From Camelus dromedarius (Eukaryota), in the NCBI RefSeq assembly GCF_036321535.1, contig NC_087437.1, positions 30,320,001 to 30,384,000 on the forward strand: a stretch of DNA of 64,000 bases, read 5' to 3'. The position numbers and the translations under genes are program-made. Under the pieces are notes generated by a model. That model made no database searches. It worked only from the letters and a program-made list of their open reading frames with translations, and was not told where the DNA came from. Positions 50,001 to 61,308 of the stretch are shown here, in pieces (the first letter of the stretch is position 1; each line of letters opens with the position of its first letter).

Positions 50001-50339
50001 GTGGGTCAGTTTGAGTGTTGCTGCGTGGCCAACTCCCAGTGGTGTGGGGTTAAAGTTTTCTTGTTTTGAGGTGTATGTGTATGTGTTTCTGTTTCTTTAA
50101 TATTTTTAAGAGAAACATAGAATTAAGCCATCAGTTAGGGCATTTTTACTGAAGTGCTTATCCCCATATGGTGATATTTAAGACACAGTCCTTTGAAAAA
50201 ATGTTAATTACCAGCCAATGATTGTCAAATGCTTACCTTGTCCATCAGGAAGCTTGCTCCTCAGTCTGAGGAACAGTCAGACCACTGTCATACTGTCCCT
50301 CAGCCAGCTAATCGGGTTTCCTAATGTGGGAAGAGGATT

Positions 50340-50534
50340 TTTTTTTTTTAATTGAAGTACAGTCAAGTACAATGTGTCTATCTCTGGTGTACAGCACAAT
50401 ATCTCAGTCATGCATGTACATATATATAGTTGTTTTTATATTTTTTTCCATTAAAGTTTATTACAAGATATTGAACATAGTTCCCTATACTATACAAAAG
50501 AAACTTTTTAAAATTTTTTTCTCTTTTTTCTTTT
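50340..50534 (-). mobile_element. Short L1 3'-end insertion
   Basis: Poly(T) then 'aattgaagtacagtc...tacaagatattgaacatagttccctat'. Candidate TSD gaggatt at 50333-50339 and 50535-50541. Confidence 0.8.
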
Positions 50535-51494
50535 GAGGATTAGATTAAATGAATCATAGCCCCTCTCTAACTCCCAGAGTCTGTTAACCTAGAATCTTAA
50601 AGACTAAATACTAATATAAATTTCTGATGTCTAAAGGCTTTTTATTCTTATATGTATGATCATAGATCATATATCAAGTGAATTTGTTTTTGAACTTTCA
50701 TGTGTAAGAAATCATATTAATTTAAACCCTAAGCTCCCACCCTAAGCCAGGAAGTGAGAAATCTAATTCCAGTCATTTTCAGGGCCATAGAGGAATCCAG
50801 TGGCATCTCATGAGCCTAGAAATTAGGGAATAACTTCCTTCTCCAGCCTGCCACGGTCACTGTTGACATGCTAGAAGTCCGATTGCCCTGTCTAAAGTCG
50901 GGTGACTCCATTTCCTTCCACTGGTTATGGTCGACGGCCGCGGGAGCGTCCCCGACAGACACGTGCCATCCCATCAGAGATCCCCTCGGGGCTCCTCTCA
51001 GAGCGAGAGGCGTGTCCTTGCTCTTCACACAAACTGGCGTTCCTGGGCCCCTCTTCAGGCTTGGGAGAGTCAGTCTTCTCCCCCTCAAGTGGACCCATAC
51101 ATGGAAGTTCCTCTGCTCTGCCCTCCCCGCCTCAACTGCTCCCCCACCCCATCATACCAGGAAGATTCCTTTCCATCTTTAAGACTCCTCTAAGAGTTCT
51201 CAAAAACATACAACCAAAAATGTTTACATCCTTCCTAAAGGATAGGGGAGTTGTAGCGGGTGGGAGACTGAGAAAGAGCTGATGTGGTGATGGATGAGAC
51301 ATTAGGAAGCCAGACTTAGAAAATCCATATGGAGTGGAGGTGGGGAAAGGAAATGCTTTCTTTCTCTCTAGCTGGTCTACAGTAGCAAATAAACCAAAAA
51401 CACTGAACAGTGTGTTTCTCTGTAATGCCCTGTAACTCTACCTGTAATCACCACGGCCAGGGGATGGGCTTAGTCGTTACGTCTGGAGCCCTGC

Positions 51495-52070
51495 AATATG
51501 CCAGGCACTGTGCTGAGCTTTGGTGCTGCAGCGGGGAGCAAGGTATACCTGGTATTTGCCCTCATAGTGGTTACAGTGTGGAGGGTATGTCAGGGAGTTA
51601 CAGAAGGAGAACAAATCATTGCACATTGTGCTCAGTGCTCTGACAGGGCTGATGGGGGGCAGAGATGGGGGAACTCATGTGGACAGTGTTCCAAGAAGGC
51701 CTCAGGTGGGGGGAGGGTGTTACAGCGGGGGCATGAAGTCTGGGAAGGAGTTAGCTATGTAGTCATGGGGGAGGAAATTTCCAGGGAGCAGGGTTGGCAG
51801 GGACAGCAGGCCCAGAAGAGGGAAAGAGCTGGGCCAGTTTGAGGAATGGAAAGTGGATCAGTGTGGTTTGAGCCTCATGAGGATCAAGAAGAGAAAGATA
51901 CTGTGAGGAGGCGTGGAAGGTAACTGGAGCCACCGGGATGCTGGAGACCATGGAGAGGAGTTTGAATAGCCTTCAAGCCCCTGGAAGGTTTTAAGTAAGA
52001 GAATTATGGAACTTGACTTAAATTTTAAAATTCACTCTGACCACTGTATGAAGAATGGATTAAAAGGGAG
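51495..52070. mobile_element. LINE-2 fragment, locally GC-rich
   Basis: 'tatgccaggcactgtgct...tgccctcatagtggttacagt...gaaggttttaagtaagag...ttcactctgaccactgtatgaagaatggatt'. Confidence 0.7.
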
Positions 52071-52659
52071 AGAAATGCTCGGACTCATACACGCGCACAC
52101 GTCTGCCAGGTGGGGAGATCTCAGCAAATTAGCACCAACTCCAAGTCTTCCCAGCGGTCTAGGCTGCTTGCTGCCCAGCCCCCGGCCCCCAGCCCAAGGT
52201 GGCTGTGGTGGGGGCGGGGCAGTTCCCGGGGGAGAGAAGGGAAGGGGCTGGTTCAGGGTTGATGGGAAAACATCCCTCTGCCTCATTGTACTGACCTGGC
52301 TGTCCCTCCAATGCTGCTTGGTGCTGATAGTGAGTTGAACAGTGTTGTTTTTGCCCATTGGGGTCAGATCAGAGGAAATTGGCATTTGCCAAGCCTTTCC
52401 AGTTACTCAGGCTGAATCCAGTTTCTGATACCTATGAGGTTCTTTTGCGAATAAAGAAAATAATTATCTTCCCTATTAAATCAAATCATCAAATCAACAA
52501 ATATCTACTTGAAGTCTGATATACTGAAAGCTATTGTGTGAGCCCTTTTAAGATAAGGTAAGAAATCATGATTTTATTCTCTGACCAAACTTTTCTTATA
52601 ACTGCAATCCCAAATATGAATTATTCATTTATCTCACAAACACATATAGAGTGTTGATA

Positions 52660-52830
52660 AATGAACTTCCTGTGACAACCTGAAGATGCAAGTACTATTA
52701 TTATATGCATTCTACAGAAAAGGAAACTGAGGCACAGAGAGGCCAGATAAATACAGTTCATAACCAGGATTCAAACCAGGCAGTCTGGTTTCAAGATTGG
52801 TGCTCTTAAGTCCTATAGTTTACTACATCT
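52660..52830. mobile_element. MIR SINE
   Basis: 'attctacagaaaaggaaactgaggcacagagagg...ccaggattcaaaccaggcagtctgg'. Confidence 0.8.
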
Positions 52831-52996
52831 CCACTTAAAAATTCTGTTACTGAAAAGGAATGGGTTCATTCTAAGAGTTTTGGTTTTTTTTTTCCCTTTT
52901 AAACTGAAACTTCCAAACCCATTCTCTTGGCTTTTACAAAGAAAGTCTACAGAGCTCCTATGTGGTATGGATATGAGTATCAAATTCTCATGGTGA

Positions 52997-53119
<123 letters not shown>

Positions 53120-54193
53120 TCTTCAGAAGAAGCAGTGCAGCCCTGGGCTAGACTTGCCAACATCACAGAAATGGGGAACTCTATCCAAGAAAAAAAGGGC
53201 CAGAGAAGTCACTGTAACTACATGGAGGTCATTCACAGAGATGAGAGCATTGTGATAAAATGAAGTTAGGTTATGCTGGGAAAGGTGTGGAGGGTGGAGG
53301 GGTCTAATGTCTATCAAATCAATCACTGCTCACTGTGTAAATAATGCTTAATATCTAAAGATAATACTACCGTTCATGTCTATTTCTCGTATGATCTGCC
53401 AGTTTGATGTTGTCTCTTGATGACCGGGACTTCTAATCACAGGGAGAAAGATGAGGTTGAGGAATTCATTCGGCACCAAAAGCACAGCACCCACGTGAGA
53501 GTTAAACACCCGTTGCCTGTGTGCTTATTTTTACTTTTACTTACGACATTTATACTCCTTCAGGGCTCTTCCAAAGAATTCTTATACATAGTGGGGCCTC
53601 GGGACTTAATGTAGTTTTAATCTATTTTTGCCAGTCATCAGTTATCCATTCTGAGAGCTTTGTGTTTTAAGCACTCTTAGGGCTAAAATGAACGTCTGAA
53701 ACGGTTTCTGCTGTTACTGCTTTGACTGATCATGAGATTCTTGAGGCTCCCTGCAGTTTTCTAAGCAACTTCTTGTTCTCTCTCTCTCAAAACTTGGCCT
53801 TTTTAAGAGATTTGTAGTAATGTATAAATAATTTTTATATTTAATTATTAATGACATTTATGACTAAGGGATTGTTATTATAGGTAACCGTTGAATACTG
53901 AACCTCAGACTGAGATAAAGAGTTATGAACCAAAATCTGTAAATCACAGATGAAGATTTGAGACTTTTTAAACTTATAAACCATATTGATGAAAAGCTTT
54001 AAGCATAAACTTTGGGGTAAAAATTGCCATGGGACAGTGGTCTAAAGATACCTAAGAGTTGTGGTTTACAAGCAGGATTTTCTAAATTAAATCTGTCCCT
54101 GAAGGTGGCTGTGAGAAAAGGGCAAAACCGCATCTCTGTAGCTCTGCGTCTCCTTATCTCTTCAGGTTTGTCCTCTGATGGAAGTATTTTGAT

Positions 54194-54199
54194 AATAAA
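54194..54199 (+). terminator. Candidate proximal polyadenylation signal (AATAAA) in the MME 3' UTR
   Basis: 'tattttgataataaat' lies in non-repeat UTR sequence. Usage cannot be shown from sequence. Confidence 0.4.
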
Positions 54200-54559
54200 T
54201 GGAAATTATGAATTCATTACTCACTAAGCTTATTGTGCCAGCCATCTAGCTTTGGAAAGTGCATTTCTGAATAGACATGAGAGACTCCGGTGCATCCAGT
54301 GGGCCTGCTTCTAAAATTCTAACTCGCGTACAGTTCTGGGAGGGGGACGGCAGCCCCTGATGGCAGCTCGTCTCTTGAGGCTTTTATGTTCTCTTTTCCT
54401 GTCCTGTTGGCTAGTTTAATTCATTTCATTACTTGATTAATATTTTACAAAAAAGGTCCAAAAGCCTTATTTTTTTTCTTAACAAAACACGGAAATGAAG
54501 GAATATCCAAAATAGGAGTGCTGGTTTTTCTGCCTGTTGAAAAATGCCCACTTAACGTG

Positions 54560-55175
54560 TTTTTTCAAAGTAGAATTGAAATATAACATGTATACCGAAA
54601 TTTCATGAAGCTTAAGTGTATAGCTCAGTGAACTTTCTCCAGCGGAGCACCCCCCTGTAGCCAGGACCTATGAGAAGCAGGACATGCCCCAGAAGCCCTT
54701 CTCAACTGTCACGTCACTCTTCCAAGGACAACTACTGGCCTGACTTTTTTTTTCTTTTTCTTTTTCTTTTTTTAAAATTTTTTAATGAGGAGAAAGTAAT
54801 TTTAGGTTTATTTATTTAATAAATTAAACACACGAATTGAACCCAGGACCTTGTTCATGCTAGGCAGGCACTCTACCACTGAGCTATACCCTCCCCGACT
54901 TGGCCTGACTTCTAATATCAGACATTAGTTTTGCCTGTTTTTGGCTTTTATGTAAATAGAATCAGTCAGCATGCGTTCTTTTTTGTCTGGCATCTTTCAC
55001 GCAGCTTTACATTTGTGAGATTCATCTATGTTGCATGTGACTGTGGATCTTTCCTTCTCATTGCTGAGTAGTATTCTGTTGTGACTATGTTACAATTTTT
55101 CTGTTCCATTGTGGATGCACTTGAGAAGTTTCCAGTTTGGGGCTGTTACAAATAGTGCAGCTATGAACATACTTG
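54560..55175 (-). mobile_element. Ancient L1 3'-end fragment within the MME 3' UTR, interrupted by a SINE
   Basis: 'ttgaaatataacatgtatac...tgtctggcatctttcac...tttccagtttggggctgttacaaatagtgcagctatgaacat'. Confidence 0.75.
54747..54897 (-). mobile_element. tRNA-derived SINE (camelid Vic-1-like) in the MME 3' UTR
   Basis: Reverse complement reads ggggagggtatagctcagtggtagagtgcctgcctagcatgaacaaggtcctgggttcaatt plus an A-rich tail. TSD tggcctgactt at 54736-54746 and 54901-54911. Confidence 0.93.
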
Positions 55176-55262
55176 CATAATATCATCTTTATTTACCTGA
55201 GAGTTTTATGGACTAATTTCCACAAGTCCTTTCTAAAATCATGAACATTGAAAATATAGTTT

Positions 55263-55538
55263 TAACTGTTCAACTGACCAGCCTATACTCTTCAAAACTG
55301 CCAAAATCAAAAGACACCAAGAAGGCCTGGGGAGCTGTTCCAGATTAGAGGAGACTGAAGACTACGTGACAATAAATGCAATGCATGATTCTGAATTGGA
55401 TTCCGGACCAGGAAAAACAATCACTATAAAATACATGTTTGGGACAGTTGGCAAATTTTAAAAATGAATGGTGGATGAATTAATATATTTTGTCAATGTT
55501 AAATTTTCTGCTTCTGATTAAAAAAAATATATATATAT
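55263..55538 (+). mobile_element. L1M-type 3'-region fragment with A/(TA)n tail in the MME 3' UTR
   Basis: 'gagctgttccagattagaggagactgaagactacgtgacaataaatgcaatgcatgattctgaattggattccggacc' resembles old L1MC/ME 3' sequence. Flanked by atatagttt at 55254-55262 and 55539-55547. Confidence 0.7.
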
Positions 55539-56771
55539 ATATAGTTTCAAGCTAATCATGGATAGCCTTATTCTCCCCCCTTTATCACTACCACCATCAT
55601 GGTGGATAATTTGAAGTACACTTAAGTGTATATTTTCTTAAACTTAAAACATTCCTAAGTAATATTAATAGTGGAAGCAATTGGAGCATCCAGCTCTGAA
55701 GAGAACTTTTGAATTATTTAATTTCCATGCTGTCAGAGCAGCTGAAGAACCAGAACTGAAGAGCAACCAGTACGAATTATAAAAAGGCACCAGACTCCCC
55801 CACTGCTAGCTCTTTAAAATATCAGGCTTCCATCTTCATGGAGGAACTTGAGTGAAGTTTTCTGGGAAAAAAAAAAAAAAAAAAAAAAAAAAAACTTCTC
55901 CAGTGCCTGGATCTTTTATCTCCAGAAATATAAGACTTCCTGGGGCTAAGGGATAGACCGACGTCAGAACACTAGTACCCCCCACCGCTCCTCACGCACG
56001 CGGACATCAGTAATTGTACACAGCACCGTTGTTGAGCTGCGTGGCACCTGATGGTCTCTTACTCACTACCAATCTCTTGGTGTTGTCCCATTAGATAAAA
56101 TCTATTCGTAACGATCTCACATGTAAGTCTAATTATGCCCAAATCCTGGTCAAGAAAAGAGTTAGGAAGCTGAGACACCAAAGATTGGGAGCTGACGTCA
56201 CTCAGGGATGAAGACAGAAGTTCTCGGCAACACCATTGATAAGATGTCTGCTCTGTGCTACACCATCTACGTAAATTCAGGTGTAAGGTGGAAAGGATGC
56301 TATCCTGGGGGAAGAGTCCTTTCTTATTTCTAATTCTATTCTGCTACTAATGACAAAGTGACCTTGGACATTTGATCTTTTCTCTTGGGCCTCTGCTTTT
56401 CCCACCTGAAATAAAAATAATTAGATGCTGTCAGTAGTGCTCAGCAAGAGAAGCAGAGTGTGTCCAATGTTGCCTTACTCTTAATCTGTTTCTAGTTAAG
56501 AACCATTGGGTAGAATCATCTCAAAACTCCCATATAAATGTTTGAGTCCAATTAGACCACATGATAATCCAAAGAACAAAGATCAAAGTTTTGTTAATTT
56601 GGGGTATGTGCTGTTCTTAAGAGTTTTCTCAAAAACCTTTATCATTCCTGTCGTCACAGATGTAATTCTCCAAGTAGATGATAACTATTACCTTGGAAAT
56701 AAGACTCCAACCCTGTCAAATATGGAAGGTCAGAAAGCTATCAGGCTCCAGTCTCAAAAATACAAGATAAA

Positions 56772-56777
56772 AATAAA
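56772..56777 (+). terminator. Distal polyadenylation signal (AATAAA) of MME
   Basis: AATAAA followed within ~15-30 nt by 'tgttgcttttgttttt', where similarity to the recalled human mRNA ends. Confidence 0.7.
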
Positions 56778-59289
56778 TATTGTTCATACTGTTGCTTTTG
56801 TTTTTAGTCAGCTCTGTTCCAGCCTCCCCACCTCCACGCTCAAACCACCACCCAGCTCAATGCCACCCCCATATGAACCCTCATAGCATTTCTGTCTTGA
56901 AAAACATTAAGGCCAAATGGCGCTTTTATCTCTATAATCTTACCCTTCCTGCTAGAATCAAACTGAATCTTTTCAATATGAGTGATAGAAACTATTTTGC
57001 CAATATTTTCTTGTTTTCACTATCCTGTTCTTGCAAAGATGCCATAGTTTCCTGATCTGATTTGTTTTCAAAAGTTAAGTGAAATGGCTGCCAAATGCTG
57101 TAGAGAGTTACCGGCATAATCAGATGACTTAGGTGGGAGCTAAAAGTACCTTCATGCACCGTCCCTGGACTGAGGGACTTGACTTTTGGTTGAACAGATG
57201 AAGAAAGGAGCCACATGCAACTAGTATGCAAATGGCACATGTTTATTGCATTCTAGTCTTGTTGTCTTAACAATGTTGTCTTAATTTCAGCTCCTTTGTT
57301 TTTTGCATTTCCTCTAAAATAGTGAGAAACACTGCTAGCATTTTCAACTTCATAGTTAGATTGCTTCTATTTTGTTGTTTGATGAAGCCTGGCAGAAGAG
57401 TGAGCACTGGTTCTTGCCGGAAACGAGGATGAGCTCTCAGCTTGGGCACTGCAGAAAGACTGGAAGTCCAGCCATTGTGACTAATTTTGATACTTCTGGA
57501 TTTTCTTTCTACCCAAACTAATGGTTTTTTCAGGTTTACCAGGCATCTGATTTGACTTCTGTAAATGCACTTGCTGTCATTTCTGACCTGATCATCTCAA
57601 ATTATAATGCATCCTGAAAGTTTACCTCCAAGAAAACAAAAAGGGGATCAAGTACCTGGATTATTGATTACCTTGGTGTTAATCCTTCAGCACACATGCT
57701 ATGCAAGCTCTATGTTCCCTGAAATATGGCGCCCAAGATGTTAATGCTAAGATGGTGACAGCAGCTTTATCCAAGATATCAAAGAAATAGGGAGAAAAAA
57801 CTAAACAGCAGAAAATGTTTGGCTTTGTTCAAAGAAGATATGAAAAGGATGCAATGTTAAATATGCATTATTATATCAATTATGTTAAAATAGTGTTGCA
57901 TAGAAAAGGAGTTGGAAGGATATGTGCCAAAAATTAACAGGGAATATCATTGATTAATTATATTACAGGGGATTCTTATTTCCTTTTTTTCCTGCATTTT
58001 AAATATTTCTATAATGTGAAAATGGCATATTTTTAAAGCCATTTAAAAAATGTCATTTGGGAGAAAGGAGGAAGTGTGGGAGAAATGATGAACAGGAGGG
58101 GAATGACAGAAAAATGGACCAAAAAAGAGAAATATAATTCCCCTGGATGTAAGATGTGCTGATTTATGTAAGAAGCTATTTAGTTTGGTATCTCAGTCTC
58201 CATAGACCCAAGGAATCCAGTGCAGAGGATTCAGGTCACAGCTTCCTGCTCCCAGCATGCTGGATCTCAGGTTTACGAGATGGCTGGACACACACTGCTT
58301 AACACAGGGTGGGGGAATTTGTGGGCCTTCAGCTGACTGTGCTCACAGTCATTCCGTGAGCACAAAGCACGTGCTCCAAAGGGTTTTTATCCCCTGAAAA
58401 TGCTAAAGGGCTCGGCTGATCTGGCCACAGTCTCTCATTTGGTCTCTATCCATACAAAATCCTAGCATTTGCCAAACCCTGACCAAAGGATACAGCCTAC
58501 AACTGAAATGGAAGCCAATAAATTATACAGTGATCAGACCTAAATGCTCCACCTGGTCAGTAACGTGATTACCTGGGGGTCAGATGTTAATGTTTAGAGG
58601 TTGAGCAGGGAGGGGGCAGCAGGGTACAGTTAATTCTAGGTGACTCACTGCTTCTGTTTGACTTTGGTTACAAATCAAACTCATGCTAGGTTAGCCAAAA
58701 CTAGAGACTGTGTTGGTGCCCATTACCAAATCTGGGGCAAGTAGGAGTAACTGGACCTCCTTTTCATGTGTCTCCTTTATTATAGCAGATCGACATTCTA
58801 CAGAAGGAAGCCATGATGGTCGACCATGCCAGGCTCAAAGATTCTCTGCTTCCTTCCCAGGGGAAGCACAGGATCTAACTGCAGTAATTTGACAAATCCT
58901 AGAGAAAAACCGATTGGCCCATTTTAGAAACATGCCTACCCATGTGAATAAGCCATGGGGAAGTGAGAATGTTGTAGAAATTACAATCATTGGTTCCCTA
59001 CAGAGTAGAAGGGCAGTTTCCCAAAAGAAGAAAAGCAGTATTCCTAGAAGGGAAAGGAAAAGAAACATGCCCACAACACCAGTAACACTAGATATTTCTT
59101 AAAAGCTTTGCAAAATATCTCAGTTTGGATTACATTGTGCATATTAAATTTTGAATGTGTCAATTTTAATTTTGTTTAACCAAAATGAAGACATTAGATA
59201 TTTTACTTAGATTTAATATTTTAAAAAACAAAGTTGGTAATAAAAGAAGGTGGGAAGGAAGAGAAATAATACTGATTATTTATTGTGAG

Positions 59290-59490
59290 CAAGGCCCATA
59301 ATATAGGTTGTTTGTAAAAAGTGTCCATTTGATGTAACTCTCCTGTGAGTTTATGTGAGTTAATTCCTATTTTACTGATGGTGAATTTCATTTCAGAAAA
59401 GGTAGCTAATTGGCTCAAATTCACAAAGATAGTAAATGATAAGGTCAGGGACCAAACCAAGGTATACTGAAGTTCAAAACCTGTATGAAT
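59290..59490. mobile_element. MIR SINE, decayed
   Basis: 'attcctattttactgatggtgaa...aaggtagctaattggctcaaattcacaaagatagtaaatg'. Confidence 0.6.
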
Positions 59491-61308
59491 TTACTTTCAG
59501 AGTTCTCTACATCTCTGTAAAATACATTTCTAGCCTCTCAAAATCAACTCACTTGTAGCTAATAATTCCCAAAGCACATAACTTTTATGAAAAACGATGT
59601 ATTTTCCAATTTACTACTTTGCATAAGCCTTTGTTATTTTTTTAAATGTTTACTATTTTAAACAATTATAGCAGTAAACACTTACTGAGCAACTGCTATG
59701 TTCAAGGTATTGTATTAGAAGCAAAAATAAAAATAATAGAAAAGAAAAACAAGATAAAATGCTATTCTTTGGTTGGCACTACAATTGTCCACTACACCTA
59801 CTCACTCCCTGACCAAATGTTGGGCACCTTTTATGTGTGATGCATTATATTGCATATAAAATGGTCATTAGAAGATCACTTTCTATTGGGTTGTTAGAGA
59901 TAAAAATAAATTAAAACAGCTGCCCTTTTACTATAGTAGAGACATTAAAATATAGACAAACACATGCAGCTAAACGTGTGATGTGCCGAGAGAGAGAGAA
60001 AACACAATCTGAGAATTCAGGGTGACTTCCTAGCATGGCAAAGACATCCTGTTGGAAGTCACACTTAAGTTGCATTTGACAGTATGAATGGGGTTTTGAC
60101 AATTGGAGGAGGTAAGGAAATATTGCTAAGTATACCTCATATACAAAATTAGGCAACAAAAGAGTAAGAACCCATTTACTCTAGGTAGCAATGCTAATTC
60201 TGGAAGGACACAGCACAGGGGAGTGTGCATTCTGAGACTGTTGATACAATTGTTTGTTATTCACAGCTGGCTTTTTGACATCTTGTACCAAGAAAAGCTT
60301 TTTAAAATTTTTTTCAAGTATCTCACGCTAGTCTCAAAGTTTATCCGTTATCACCTTACTTTGAAAGAAGTTCTGTGCATTTTTTTTAATTTGCTAGAAG
60401 CTGTGTGATAAGGATAACATTCATTCCTTTTCCTGGGAATTTAAAATACTATTATTCCAATCCTGTTGCTAAATCACTGCACTGAACAAACCACTAATTT
60501 CTCTGCATTTTCATCGTGTCAGAGTTAAAATCAGAGTAAAGATCAAGGCTTTCTTCAAACCAGAAGGCAAGCAGATGGAATGTTCTGCAAATCAAACTTT
60601 TTGGAGATGGCGAAAGATATTAGAGGGCAGAGGAACTAGGGCACAGTGTTGTGGAAAATTTTGAATCCAGAGACATCCATATAGACCCAGGGACATGCAG
60701 GGTCAAAGCAAAGACCAGCCAAAAGGCTACACGGCAAGCATTTGGCTTCTCTAAGCTTCAATTTCCTCCTCTTGAAAATGGTCATAGTCACATGTACCTC
60801 TCTGGAATGGATACTGTACAAGTTGGCAGCAAATTGTATATCCAACTAAACTGAAATTTAATAACTTGATGTCTACCTCTGACATTTCCTTGACACTAAT
60901 TAAGCCTGTGGGTCTTTAAAAACATCAGGGTTTTGGCTTAAGGACTAAAGTTTCTTTTTTTCTTCTTACCATATTGTCTGTCTTCTTGCTCCAGGTGAGC
61001 AAGAATTAATTACCAAATCATTTTTCTCACCAGGGACTCTTGAAACAGAAAAGGCACAAAAAGTGCAGTCCTTTAAATAGCAGAGGATTTCTTCAAGAGT
61101 AAGAAGAGCAAAAGCAACACACTCAGAACAAAACTGAAGTTCTGAGCAAGATGATAATTTGGGGGAAAACCGTTTATGTGAGTACCTTCACTTTCCTCAG
61201 AAAATGGCATTGGCTCAAAACCCTTGGGAAAGCTACTTAACTCCTTTGAAATTTAGTTCGCTCAGAAGTAGAGTGTAAAAAGGAAAATGTATTTTTGCCA
61301 GGCAATAA

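Larger units (their letters stand above)
53120..56795 (+). other. MME: MME long 3' UTR (3' end approximate)
   Basis: Follows the stop codon and is colinear with the human MME 3' UTR as I recall it, up to 'ccagtctcaaaaatacaagataaaaataaa'. AATAAA at 56772-56777 is followed by a GT/T-rich downstream tract. Confidence 0.75.

Noticed and set aside
50816..52385. Overlapping 77-126 aa ORFs in the GC-rich part of the last MME intron
   Set aside because: Explained by local GC content and L2 sequence. No homology recognised.
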